Shown: positions 40,377 to 49,497 of the stretch, one piece after another
How the letters are laid out: each line of letters opens with the position of its first letter
Position numbering within the stretch: the first letter of the stretch is position 1
Source of the DNA: Gemmatimonadota bacterium
GTDB taxonomy: Bacteria > Gemmatimonadota > Gemmatimonadetes > Gemmatimonadales > GWC2-71-9
Direction of reading: 5' to 3'
NCBI GenBank assembly: GCA_039588295.1
Contig: JBDHAB010000012.1
Span: 1-62,038, forward strand
Length of the DNA stretch: 62,038 nt
The notes under the pieces: generated by a model
The model's database searches: none
What the model was told of the DNA's origin: nothing
What the model saw: the letters and a program-made list of their open reading frames with translations, nothing else
Program-made: the position numbers and the translations under genes

Positions 40377-40870
40377 CGGGGCCGAATCGTCTCGCGCCCA
40401 ATCCACAGGAAGGCTTCCTCCACGCCTTCCCCGGTCTTCGCGCTCGTCTCGAACACCTTCCAACCGGCACCCGCCAGATCTGATGGTGCCCGCGCGTCGA
40501 GATCCCACTCCTTGACGAGAGCGGACTTGTTGAGCGCGACGACGCTGGGAACGCTGCCCACCGTGTCCTCGGCCACCTGTCGCAGGACCTGCGCTTGATC
40601 GAGCGTCACGCGGCGCGTTCCATCTACGACGAAGATCAGTCCGGAGGATCCTCGGAGATACGACGTGCGGACCGTCTGGTAGGTATCCTCGCCGGCGAGA
40701 TCCCACAGCAGGAGGGTCACGGGTTTGCCGTCAATCTCCACGCGCTTGCGGTCGATCTTGACGCCCACCGTGGTGTGGTACCGCTCGTCGAACAGGGTGT
40801 GTACGAAACGCCGCACCAGGCTCGTCTTTCCGGCAGCGAACGCTCCCAGCATGCAGATCTTCTTCTGCAT
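40373..40870 (-). CDS. Rab/Ras-like small GTPase
   Basis: G1 GAFAAGKTS, G2 TTVGV, G3 WDLAG, G4 NKSA (variant), G5 TSAK. Confidence 0.92.
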   Translation of the reverse strand: MQKKICMLGAFAAGKTSLVRRFVHTLFDERYHTTVGVKIDRKRVEIDGKPVTLLLWDLAGEDTYQTVRTSYLRGSSGLIFVVDGTRRVTLDQAQVLRQVAEDTVGSVPSVVALNKSALVKEWDLDARAPSDLAGAGWKVFETSAKTGEGVEEAFLWIGRETIRPR

Positions 40871-40884
40871 CACCTGCGCTCCCC

Positions 40885-42669
40885 TTACTCGTTCTGGGTG
40901 AGCAGGACGCGGAAGGTCACGCTGCGGTTCCGCTGCTGCCGAGCGGCAGTCGCGTTCCCTGGAAGGGGGTCATCGGCGGCCAGTGGAACAATGCCCAGTC
41001 CAGCCGGCGCCACGCCTCGGGACACCAGCGCATCGCGGACCGCGATCGCCCGCTGTTCACTGAGCAACCGATTGGTGGATTCCGATCCCGACGCATCAGT
41101 CCGCCCCAGTATCTCGATGGCCACCGCCTGCCCGAGTCGGTCCATCTCGTCTTGGAGCGAACGAATGCGTGGTGCGATCGCGTCGAGGGATGCGCCTTGC
41201 GCAACGCCAATGGTGGCCGACCCCGCTCCGAACAGGACCACTTGGCTCTCGATGTCGCGGCGCAGGTCGGCGACACGGACCGCATCGCCGACGCGTACCG
41301 CTCCGAGGTCGACCCCTGTGACGCCGGGGATCGTGGGCGCGAGTCGCTCGGCTGCCGCGATCCAGCTCTGTGGTGCAATCCCCGAGGCGTACAATGTCCC
41401 GTCCCTCGCGTCGAGGGAAACATTCGGCGGCGGTTGCAGCACGTGCCGCGATCGGGCCTCCACCAGCTGTGGATCGAACGAGGCATAGTGCTCCCACTGC
41501 GCTCTCACGTCATCCACGTCGAGTTTGGATTCTGCGATGAGGGTCGCGGGGTCCGCGGCCAACGGATCCCGCAGGCCTGTCAATACGAATCGCCCTCGGT
41601 GGCGCTCTGCCTCGGTCACCACGATTCCCGGCGTGGCACGCAGCCGCTCGACGAGTCCCGACCAGCGACGCGCGGTCCGCACGCTGACGAACGCCCAGGC
41701 CGCCACGAGCACGAAGACGATGACCAGGATCGCGAGCACGGCGCGGGACAGGAACGGGCCTCGCTCCTTCCGCTCCGCCACCTGCATTTGGAGGCATCCG
41801 TCGAGTATCGGCCGAGCCAGTTCGAACGGCGCCGCGTCGCCCTCGAACGCCGTCAGTTCCTTGCCGAACTCGAGGTGGACCGTCTCGATGGCGTCCTGCA
41901 GGACCACGGTCAGCTCGTTGGGCGCGTGTCCGCGAACGACCGCGGCGATGACTGCGTGTGGTCCCTGCTCGACCCGCACCGTGAACTCACCGACTGAGAA
42001 CGTTCTCAGGCCCGACTCCCGTTCGACACCGAACGAGTCCGCCATGAAATCTTGAATCGCCGTGAGCATGCTCGACACGAGGTCGGCGTCTTGCTGAATC
42101 CCGGCTTCCGCCGCCGCCTGGCAGAGCACGAGCCCGGTGTCTCGATCAATGAGGAATACCTGATCAACCGAGTAGACCAGGGTGTGTCGCAGGACGACCT
42201 GGGCGAACGGAACGCCGGTGCGCATGGCCTCCATCCGCCATTTGAACCCGCGCCACGAGAGGTTGTGCTGTGTCGCCGTGTTGATGGCCTGGATCAGACC
42301 ACTCATGGCTTGGGAGATGGCCTTGCGAATGGCGGGCCCCAGAACCGGGAAGATCGCCTCCGCGAGTGCGCCCGGGTTCCTCCGCACCGACTGCTTGATG
42401 GCCTCTTCGAGGGTCGGCGCCAGCGCCTTGCTCAGCCGTTGGTCACGTTGCGTACTGTAGACGATGGCATCGGGGAGAACCTCGCCGACCTCCTCTGGGC
42501 CGACAGCGAGTCTCTCCAATCGGTCCCAGATCTCTTCGATCTCGGCGGCTTCGCGCCCGACCAAGATCCGGCGCAACTCGGCGAGCTGTTCCGAGCTCAA
42601 CGCCTGCGCGCGGTCCGGGGCATCGGCAGCCGCCTCGCTGGAAGGGTCGGGCGTCAGGTGTTCGGCCAC
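40885..42669 (-). CDS. Longin-like/TM/BON-like/OmpA multidomain protein
   Basis: QVFLIDRDTGLVL..DADLVSSMLTAIQDF domain, TM, GLRDPLA, C-terminal GRTD..N..LS..RA..NRSV OmpA motif. Confidence 0.8.
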   Translation of the reverse strand: MAEHLTPDPSSEAAADAPDRAQALSSEQLAELRRILVGREAAEIEEIWDRLERLAVGPEEVGEVLPDAIVYSTQRDQRLSKALAPTLEEAIKQSVRRNPGALAEAIFPVLGPAIRKAISQAMSGLIQAINTATQHNLSWRGFKWRMEAMRTGVPFAQVVLRHTLVYSVDQVFLIDRDTGLVLCQAAAEAGIQQDADLVSSMLTAIQDFMADSFGVERESGLRTFSVGEFTVRVEQGPHAVIAAVVRGHAPNELTVVLQDAIETVHLEFGKELTAFEGDAAPFELARPILDGCLQMQVAERKERGPFLSRAVLAILVIVFVLVAAWAFVSVRTARRWSGLVERLRATPGIVVTEAERHRGRFVLTGLRDPLAADPATLIAESKLDVDDVRAQWEHYASFDPQLVEARSRHVLQPPPNVSLDARDGTLYASGIAPQSWIAAAERLAPTIPGVTGVDLGAVRVGDAVRVADLRRDIESQVVLFGAGSATIGVAQGASLDAIAPRIRSLQDEMDRLGQAVAIEILGRTDASGSESTNRLLSEQRAIAVRDALVSRGVAPAGLGIVPLAADDPLPGNATAARQQRNRSVTFRVLLTQNE

Positions 42670-42693
42670 GGATGCAGAGTCAGACGTGAGCTC

Positions 42694-42802
42694 TCACTTG
42701 CCGGGGCGCTGCTCATCGGAGAGCCGAGACGCCATGTCGGCGAACAGCGCCGCCAGCGAAACCCGGTCGGTCTTCTCGGCCCGCAGCTCTTCGAACTTCC
42801 GG
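42694..42802 (-). pseudogene. 3' remnant of coiled-coil protein normally preceding the OmpA gene
   Basis: Reads RKFEELRAEKTDRVSLAALFADMASRLSDEQRPGK* with no own start before the junction. Confidence 0.6.
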
Positions 42803-43390
42803 GATCTCGCGGACGAAGTACGGGCCGGACGGTTTCGTGAGGATCTCTACTTTCGAATCGCGGTCATGGATCTCAAGGTGGAGCCGCTGCGCCAGCGACC
42901 AGACGACATCCCCTTGCTTGCACGACACTTCTTGCGCCAGGTCCAGGGACCGGTGCGCGATCTCGCTCCGGCTGCGCTTCGCATACTGGTGGAGCACTCG
43001 TGGCCGGGCAATGTCCGCGAGCTGCAAAACGCCATCGAGCGCGCGGCGGTCGAGGCGGAGGAGCGCGTGATCCAGCCCCGTGACCTTCCGAGCCGCGTGT
43101 TTGGTGGCGTAACGACTGGTGTCCCGAGCCGTCGGTCGGCGGGGGCACCGCAGGCAGCCTCGGTGGATGCCGGCATCGTCGGGCCAACCGGCGTGTCGCT
43201 GGCTGGCGCACCCGAATCCGAGCGAGCGGCGTCGACCGCAGCAAGCCCACAAACCCTCGAGGAAATCGAGCGTGACGCGATCGCGGCGGCCCTGGCCCGC
43301 AACAGAGGCAACGTGGCACAGGTGGTTCGCGAGCTTGGGATCGGACGGACCACGCTGTATCGCAAAATCAAGAAATACGGGCTGCGCTAG
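42800..43390 (+). pseudogene. 3' fragment of a sigma-54 enhancer-binding protein
   Basis: RDL..GRFREDLYFRI, WPGNVRELQN, Fis HTH LGIGRTTLYRK; REC, Walker A and GAFTGA absent. Confidence 0.85.
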
Positions 43391-43500
43391 CCATCCGCGA
43401 TCCGGGGTGTCCGAGCGGTCCTGGCGCCGAGTCCCACTCTGACGACCATATGCCGGAATGAAACAGAAACACGAACGCGGTCAAATCTCTCCATTCCGCT

Positions 43501-43525
43501 TAAGCCTCTGTAATCAAATCACTTA
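43501..43525. promoter_or_regulatory. 25-bp symmetric IHF/HU-like element
   Basis: TAA GCCT CTG TAATC AAA TCAC TTA. Confidence 0.7.
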
Positions 43526-43530
43526 CGTGT

Positions 43531-43545
43531 TGGCACACGGCTTGC
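43531..43545 (+). promoter_or_regulatory. Sigma-54 promoter
   Basis: TGGCACACGGCTTGC, consensus match. Confidence 0.8.
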
Positions 43546-43596
43546 CTTCTCTGGCGACGCCTGAATGATGTCACTCTCTATGTGGAGGATCAGGGC

Positions 43597-45042
43597 ATGT
43601 GTAAGACCTGGATGACTCGGGGCATCCCTGTGCTGGCAGCGGCCGTCATGGCGGCGGCGCCGCTCGCGGCTCAGAGCCCCGGGACGGTGGAGCTTGGAGC
43701 GTTCGGCCGCTACACGGCATTCGACGCGACGTTGGCTCTCAAAAACCGATTGGGTGGTGGCGGTCGGTTTGGCGTATTCGTCGTGCCCAATCTGGAGGTC
43801 GAGGGTACGGGTTCCTGGACCGGAACCGAGGTAGAGGGCTCGGGGGCGGATGTGTCGTACCTGCCGTTCCACGCTCGCCTCGTCTACAACCTTCCGGTTC
43901 ATGAGCGCGCGGCCGTGCTGATCGGTGCGGGCTTGGTGCACACGCAGTACCAGAACACCGCCGATGCCTCGGATGACGGGGCGAACGGTCTGCTAGGATT
44001 GCGGTTCTGGCTGTCAGATGCGGTGTCGGGCCGTGTCGAGGGACTCCTGGACTACATACCTGCGCCCACGAACGGCGCGGGCAACAACGTGAACTGGGGC
44101 GCCCAGGCCGGCCTCAGCGTGTTCCTCGGAGGCCGGGCCGCCGACGCCGACGGTGATGGGGTGCGGGACGACCGCGATGCCTGCCCCGGCACGAGCATGG
44201 GCGAAGCGGTGGATGCCCGAGGCTGCCCGCTGGATTCTGACAACGATGGTGTACGTGACTCGGGAGATCGGTGCCCGAGCACCCCGGCCGGCGAAGTCGT
44301 TGACAGCAGTGGGTGCCCGCGAGACAGCGATGGCGACGGCGTGCGTGACTCCGCCGATCGGTGCGCCAACACGCCGGCGGGTGTATCCGTTGATGCCAGC
44401 GGATGCCCGACGGACGCTGACGGAGATGGAGTAGCGGATGCGCGGGATCGCTGCCCGAACACTCCGGCAGGTGCGGCGGTGGATGCGAATGGCTGCCCGC
44501 GTGACAGTGACGGCGACGGCGTGGCCGACGCGCAGGACCGCTGCCCCAACACGCCGGCCGGCGCGACCGTGGATGCCAATGGATGTCCGGGCGACGCGGA
44601 CGGTGACGGCGTGCCTGACGGGATCGACCGCTGTGGGGACACCGCTCCGGGAACCGAGGTCGACGCGAACGGCTGTCCCGTCCTGTTCGAAGAAGACGTA
44701 GTGCGGATTGTCCTCGAAGGCGTGACGTTCGCAACCAACAGTGCTGACCTGACGGCCGAAGCGCGGACGGTGCTCGATCGCGTGGCGGCGTCGCTTCGGG
44801 GCAACCTGGAAGTGCGTGTCGAGGTCGGCGGTCACACCGATGCCACCGGATCGCGGGAGTACAACCTCCAGTTGTCGCAGTCCCGCGCTGAATCGGTCGT
44901 AGCGTACCTCGTTCAGCAGGGTGTCGCCTCCGACCGCATGGAAGCACGCGGGTATGGTCCCGACAACCCGGTCGCCGACAAGGCCACTCGGGAAGGTCGG
45001 GCTCAGAACCGGCGCGTCGAGTTGCGCCGGACCGATCAGTAG
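43597..45042 (+). CDS. OmpA family protein: beta-barrel + thrombospondin type-3 repeats + OmpA C-domain
   Basis: GGAGG RBS, signal AAQ, barrel, DxDxDG..D.CP repeats, GHTD..N..LS..RA..NRRVE. Confidence 0.92.
   Translation: MCKTWMTRGIPVLAAAVMAAAPLAAQSPGTVELGAFGRYTAFDATLALKNRLGGGGRFGVFVVPNLEVEGTGSWTGTEVEGSGADVSYLPFHARLVYNLPVHERAAVLIGAGLVHTQYQNTADASDDGANGLLGLRFWLSDAVSGRVEGLLDYIPAPTNGAGNNVNWGAQAGLSVFLGGRAADADGDGVRDDRDACPGTSMGEAVDARGCPLDSDNDGVRDSGDRCPSTPAGEVVDSSGCPRDSDGDGVRDSADRCANTPAGVSVDASGCPTDADGDGVADARDRCPNTPAGAAVDANGCPRDSDGDGVADAQDRCPNTPAGATVDANGCPGDADGDGVPDGIDRCGDTAPGTEVDANGCPVLFEEDVVRIVLEGVTFATNSADLTAEARTVLDRVAASLRGNLEVRVEVGGHTDATGSREYNLQLSQSRAESVVAYLVQQGVASDRMEARGYGPDNPVADKATREGRAQNRRVELRRTDQ
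44143..44682 (+). repeat. Six 90-bp (30-aa) TSP3 coding repeats
   Basis: D(A/S)DGDGV.D..DRCP.TP.G..VD..GCP x6. Confidence 0.9.
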
Positions 45043-45064
45043 TGTAGTTCAGCTGCCGTAGTCG

Positions 45065-45096
45065 GGTGGTGCGCTGCCTGGGGGCGGCGCACCACC
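45065..45096 (+). terminator. 14-bp stem-loop between ompA-like gene and mscL
   Basis: GGTGGTGCGCTGCC-TGGG-GGCGGCGCACCACC. Confidence 0.5.
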
Positions 45097-45134
45097 ACTC
45101 TGCGCCCTCCATCACAGTCAGCAGGAGCGTCAAG

Positions 45135-45590
45135 GTGCTAAAGGATTTCAAAGATTTTGCCATGCGGGGAAACGTCGTCGACATGGCGGTCGGCATCATC
45201 ATCGGCGGCGCGTTCGGGACGATCGTGAAGTCGCTCGTGTCGGATGTCTTGATGCCACCGATCGGCCTGTTGCTCGGTGGCGTGAGCTTTTCCGATCTGT
45301 TTGTCACGCTGAAAGCTGGCGAGACAGCGGGCCCGTATCTGAATCCGGAAGCAGCGGCCGAGGTAGGCGCTGTGACGGTCAACTACGGTGTCTTCATTGA
45401 CAACATCATCAGCTTCATCATCGTTGCGTTCGCGGTGTTCATGCTGGTGCGTACGATCATGAAGATGCAGCGTCAAGAAGAAGCGGCGCCACCACCACCG
45501 GACAAGAAGGATTGTCCGTTCTGTCTCTCCAACGTGGCGATCAAAGCCACCCGCTGCCCGAACTGCACGTCGGAGTTGAAGGCGGCGTAG
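45135..45590 (+). CDS. mscL: Large-conductance mechanosensitive channel with C-terminal zinc-ribbon
   Basis: [42 protein letters not shown] tail; GTG after AGGAG. Confidence 0.95.
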   Translation: MLKDFKDFAMRGNVVDMAVGIIIGGAFGTIVKSLVSDVLMPPIGLLLGGVSFSDLFVTLKAGETAGPYLNPEAAAEVGAVTVNYGVFIDNIISFIIVAFAVFMLVRTIMKMQRQEEAAPPPPDKKDCPFCLSNVAIKATRCPNCTSELKAA

Positions 45591-45613
45591 CCACGAGCGT
45601 AGTCATGTGCTGA

Positions 45614-45654
45614 AGGGCCGTGGTGCGGATCGATCCGATTCGTACCACGGCCCT
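45614..45654 (+). terminator. 19-bp stem-loop after mscL
   Basis: AGGGCCGTGGTGCGGATCG-ATC-CGATTCGTACCACGGCCCT, two G-U pairs on + strand. Confidence 0.55.
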
Positions 45655-45815
45655 GTGTCGTCTCGCGGTCTTCTTGGTAGCGTCGTTGTGTGGCTGCGTC
45701 TCGGTAGCCCGACTCGTTTCGACGTGGTAGAATCCGGTGGTCGTGAGGCGGGGACAGGGGTACCGGTCGCCGCCATTCGGGTGGGAACACGTGGACTGAA
45801 ACGGTAGGTGCATCA

Positions 45816-47393
45816 ATGGCAACGACGGCTCCAGCTCTGGCGGGGTTTCTCCGGACCCTGGGAATCGATGAAATCAATTCCGGTGGCTTTGGGGGCGAAT
45901 GGATAGGATCGGGACCGGAGCTCGACGTGATCACGCCGATCGACGGGTCGAAGATCGCGACGGTGCGGCAAGTGACCGAACGCGAGTACGATGCGATCGT
46001 CGACCGCGCACACGAGGCTTTCCTGGACTGGCGGCGGGTGCCGGCGCCCAAACGTGGCGAAGTGATTCGTCAGCTTGGGAATCGTCTACGTCAGGTCAAA
46101 CTCGAGCTTGGACAGCTGGTAACACTCGAGATGGGCAAGATTCTCGCGGAGGGCGAGGGTGAGGTGCAGGAAATGATCGACATCTGCGACTTCGCCACCG
46201 GTCTATCGCGTCAGCTGTACGGTCTCACCATGGCATCGGAGCGCGCCGATCATCGCATGTTCGAGCAGTGGCACCCCCTGGGCGTGGTCGGCGTGATCAG
46301 TGCGTTCAACTTCCCGGTGGCGGTGTGGAGTTGGAACACGGCGATTGCTGCCGTATGTGGCGATTCGGTGGTCTGGAAACCGGCGAGCAAGACACCCCTC
46401 ACGGCCATTGCCTGCGTCAAGGTCGCAGAACAGGTGTGCCGCGAGAACGACGTTGATCCGGCGATCTTCTCCCTCACGATCGGCAAGGGGTCCACGGTGG
46501 GCGACCGGCTGCTGCACGACCGGCGCATCCCGCTGGTGTCGGCCACGGGAAGCTGCCAAATGGGCTACCGCGTGGCTGAGGTGGTTGGCAAGCGACTTGG
46601 GCGGACGATTCTCGAGCTGGGCGGAAACAACGCGATCATCGTAACCCCCAGTGCCAACATGGATCTTGCGCTGCGCGCGATTCTCTTCGGAGCCGTGGGC
46701 ACGGCAGGCCAGCGTTGCACCTCCACGCGCCGGATCATCGTACACGAGTCGATGCGCCAGGAACTCGTGCAACGACTGGTCAAGGCCTACGAAGGGATCT
46801 CCATTGGGGATCCGCGGAATCCAGAGACCTTGATGGGGCCGCTGGTGACCCATGACGCCGTGCGTGATCTGCGAAACGCGATCGAACGCCTCACACGGGA
46901 GGGTGGGGACGTGCTGTTCGGTGGCGAGCAGCTGGACGGGCCGGCGTATCCGGGCGGTCACTATGTGAAACCGTGCATCGCAGCAGCCAAGAACGAGTAC
47001 GCCATCGTGCAAGAGGAGACCTTTGCGCCGATCCTGTACATCATCGGGTACGGGAGCCCGTCAGCGTCACCGCGAGACGCGGTTGCCGAGGTCGAGGAAG
47101 CGGTCGCGCTGCATAACGGCGTTCCCCAGGGTCTTTCGTCCGCGATCTTCACCGAAAACGTGCGCGAAGCCGAGTACTTCCTGTCCCCTCGGGGGAGTGA
47201 CTGCGGTATCGCCAACGTGAACATCGGAACGAGCGGTGCCGAGATCGGCGGTGCCTTTGGCGGCGAGAAGGAGACGGGTGGCGGGCGGGAGTCCGGGTCC
47301 GACTCGTGGAAGGTCTACATGCGACGTCAGACGAACACGGTCAACTGGAGCGCCGAGCTGCCGTTGGCTCAGGGGATCAGGTTCGGCGACTGA
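45816..47393 (+). CDS. Aldehyde dehydrogenase, ALDH7/piperideine-6-carboxylate dehydrogenase type
   Basis: GEVQEMIDICDFA.GLSRQL, AFNFP, LELGGNNA, GTAGQRCT, GAEIGGAFGGEK.TGGGRESGSD. Confidence 0.93.
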   Translation: MATTAPALAGFLRTLGIDEINSGGFGGEWIGSGPELDVITPIDGSKIATVRQVTEREYDAIVDRAHEAFLDWRRVPAPKRGEVIRQLGNRLRQVKLELGQLVTLEMGKILAEGEGEVQEMIDICDFATGLSRQLYGLTMASERADHRMFEQWHPLGVVGVISAFNFPVAVWSWNTAIAAVCGDSVVWKPASKTPLTAIACVKVAEQVCRENDVDPAIFSLTIGKGSTVGDRLLHDRRIPLVSATGSCQMGYRVAEVVGKRLGRTILELGGNNAIIVTPSANMDLALRAILFGAVGTAGQRCTSTRRIIVHESMRQELVQRLVKAYEGISIGDPRNPETLMGPLVTHDAVRDLRNAIERLTREGGDVLFGGEQLDGPAYPGGHYVKPCIAAAKNEYAIVQEETFAPILYIIGYGSPSASPRDAVAEVEEAVALHNGVPQGLSSAIFTENVREAEYFLSPRGSDCGIANVNIGTSGAEIGGAFGGEKETGGGRESGSDSWKVYMRRQTNTVNWSAELPLAQGIRFGD

Positions 47394-47418
47394 GCGCCAC
47401 TGGCCCAGCGTCGAGCGG

Positions 47419-47460
47419 GAGGCCGGCAGCAACCGATGAACCTGCCGGCCTCGCTTCTTG
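47419..47460 (+). terminator. Intrinsic terminator
   Basis: GAGGCCGGCAG..CTGCCGGCCTC followed by pyrimidine-rich tract. Confidence 0.55.
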
Positions 47461-47591
47461 TGTCACACATCACATCACGGAATCTCGCGTGTGCGCTATG
47501 TCACGGGCCGATTTCGCTCCGGAATCGATAATAGTGGTGTCAGCTGACCGGGGTCTTCTCCGCCGGTCCAGGCTTGGTTCCGGAGGCCCTC

Positions 47592-49292
47592 ATGGTGGAC
47601 ATCACGAAACTCAAACAGCAGGCGCGCGCCCTAGAGCAGCAGGGTGATTTAGCGGCCGCGCTCGGCGCCTACAGGGAGGTTCTCAGACAGTTTGAGCTCG
47701 CGCCGAACGTCGAGCCCGATGTCCCGTTGTACGTGAAGGTCGGCGACCTGTCGCTCAAGACGGGAGACCAGACGGTTGCCCTCGACATGTTCGAGCGAGC
47801 TGCGGAACGATACGCGGACCTCGGCTCCGCCAAGAGTGTCATCGCGCTGTGTCTCAAGATCATCCGAACCGATCCGCGGCGGACTGATGTGTATCTTCGG
47901 TACGCACGCCGCCTGCTTGCCAAGGGCCACGTCGAGTCCACCCGCCTGGTCCTGCTCGATTGCGCACAGCGTGCCAAGCTGCAAAAGACCCTGAACACAC
48001 TCCAGGAACTCGGCGAGCGCCCTGAGTCCGAGCGCAGGGGACTGCTCGAGCAGTTCTTCGCAGCGGTCACCCACGGTACCGGGACCCACGTGGCGCTCGG
48101 TGGGCCGTTGGACCCGAGCACAGCGGACGCCGCCCCACCGAAACCGGAGCAGGCCGAGCGACCGGCCGCCACCACGAGGGCAACGCCCGCGGCGGTTCCG
48201 GAGCAGACGAAACCGCAACCGTCCGTGAGCGATCGCAAACCACGACCGTCCCGGCCCACACCGGTTGAGGAGCCGCCGGTTCCGGCTGCCGCCGACCCGG
48301 TGGTCGCAGAGATCCGCAGCCGTCCGTTCCCGACGAAGGCGGTGGCCACGCCAAGCGCCGCGACACCGCCGGTTGAGGTGCCGCCCGCGACCGTTCCGAA
48401 GCCTCAGCCAACCGTTCCACGGACACCCATGCGGCGGACCGAGCCGCCCCAGCGGCGTCCCTGGAGACTCGCCACGTTCCGCCGAGAGCTCAGAGCGCGT
48501 CCCGCTTGGCTGTGGCCGGCCATGTCTGCCGCCGCCGTCGTGGTGGTCGGTGTCGGCCTCCTCGGGTTTGGCGCGATGTCGTCGGGTGCCGAGCTTGGGG
48601 CAGCCCCGCCGGAGCTGCCGATCCCCTTGGCGAGCATGAGGGCCGCCGGAGACTCGCTCGCCGACTCATCGTCATCGCCGGCTGACAACGCGGCCGAGAC
48701 CGGTGCCGTCGTGGCGGTACCGGAGTCCAAGCCGGAGCCGGTCAAACGGACGCGCATCGCGAGTTCGCGCTCGGTCGTGCCGTCCGAGCTGGATCCATCG
48801 GCCCTCGCGGCAGCGCAGGAGGCAGCGCTGGCGGTTCGCTCCGACTCGGTGGATGTGGAGCTTAGTGACGACCTCACGTCCGTTGGCGCGACCCTCACCA
48901 TGCCGGCGGTGCCGCTCACGTCGGCCGCGACCAGTGGGCGGCTCGGTGCCGGCATGCGCGCCGCGCCCTCGCGACGGGGAGCGGCGTCGGAAGGGCCGGT
49001 GATTGTGATTGACGGCCTCGAGGTGGAGGCGGTGGCGCGATTCTCTGGCCCGGCCGGTGCCAGCCATCAAGTTGTGCAACGCCTGGAGAACGGCGGGCGG
49101 ATCACACTCCACGTCTCACCGTTTGCAGGCGCACCGAGGGGGGAGACCGGGAGGCTCCGAGTCGAGACGGACTCGGGAGCCACCGTGGGAACCGTGCGAT
49201 TCGAGGGCTTCTTCGTGACCGCCCGGGCAGACCTGTCCCCTGCGGTGCTCGAGGGTCTGCTCCGGCGGCTGACTCGGCAGGGAGGCAACTAG
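47592..49292 (+). CDS. TPR-like N-domain / Pro-rich linker / TM / periplasmic domain protein (paralog 1)
   Basis: GGAGG RBS; LYVKVGDL..SAKSVIALCLKI; single TM; C-domain VIVIDGL..VVQRL..GTVRF..VLEGLL. Confidence 0.75.
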   Translation: MVDITKLKQQARALEQQGDLAAALGAYREVLRQFELAPNVEPDVPLYVKVGDLSLKTGDQTVALDMFERAAERYADLGSAKSVIALCLKIIRTDPRRTDVYLRYARRLLAKGHVESTRLVLLDCAQRAKLQKTLNTLQELGERPESERRGLLEQFFAAVTHGTGTHVALGGPLDPSTADAAPPKPEQAERPAATTRATPAAVPEQTKPQPSVSDRKPRPSRPTPVEEPPVPAAADPVVAEIRSRPFPTKAVATPSAATPPVEVPPATVPKPQPTVPRTPMRRTEPPQRRPWRLATFRRELRARPAWLWPAMSAAAVVVVGVGLLGFGAMSSGAELGAAPPELPIPLASMRAAGDSLADSSSSPADNAAETGAVVAVPESKPEPVKRTRIASSRSVVPSELDPSALAAAQEAALAVRSDSVDVELSDDLTSVGATLTMPAVPLTSAATSGRLGAGMRAAPSRRGAASEGPVIVIDGLEVEAVARFSGPAGASHQVVQRLENGGRITLHVSPFAGAPRGETGRLRVETDSGATVGTVRFEGFFVTARADLSPAVLEGLLRRLTRQGGN

Positions 49293-49354
49293 CTTCCCGC
49301 GCCAAGGAGCTGCGCATCGCCGGCTGTGTGCCGGCGCCACAAGAACCGATCGCT

Positions 49355-49382
49355 CAGGGCCGGGATCTGACTCCCGGCCCTG
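49355..49382 (+). terminator. Stem-loop between paralogs
   Basis: CAGGGCCGGGA-TCTGAC-TCCCGGCCCTG. Confidence 0.5.
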
Positions 49383-49497
49383 CGTGTGTTGGGGTGCTCG
49401 GCCCGCGTAGTTGCTCTGCTCTCTGTCTCCACTACCTTACCTGGTGAGTCCGGACTTCTCTGAGCCGTCGGCTCGACTTTTCAGGAGACGAGCGCCA

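Noticed and set aside
42464..43390. 308-aa ORF as an intact regulator
   Set aside because: First ~110 codons are the antisense of the OmpA-gene region; activator similarity starts only at 42800
44143..44682. Periodic repeats as CRISPR array
   Set aside because: Degenerate in-frame 90-bp TSP3 coding repeats with no unique spacers and no cas genes
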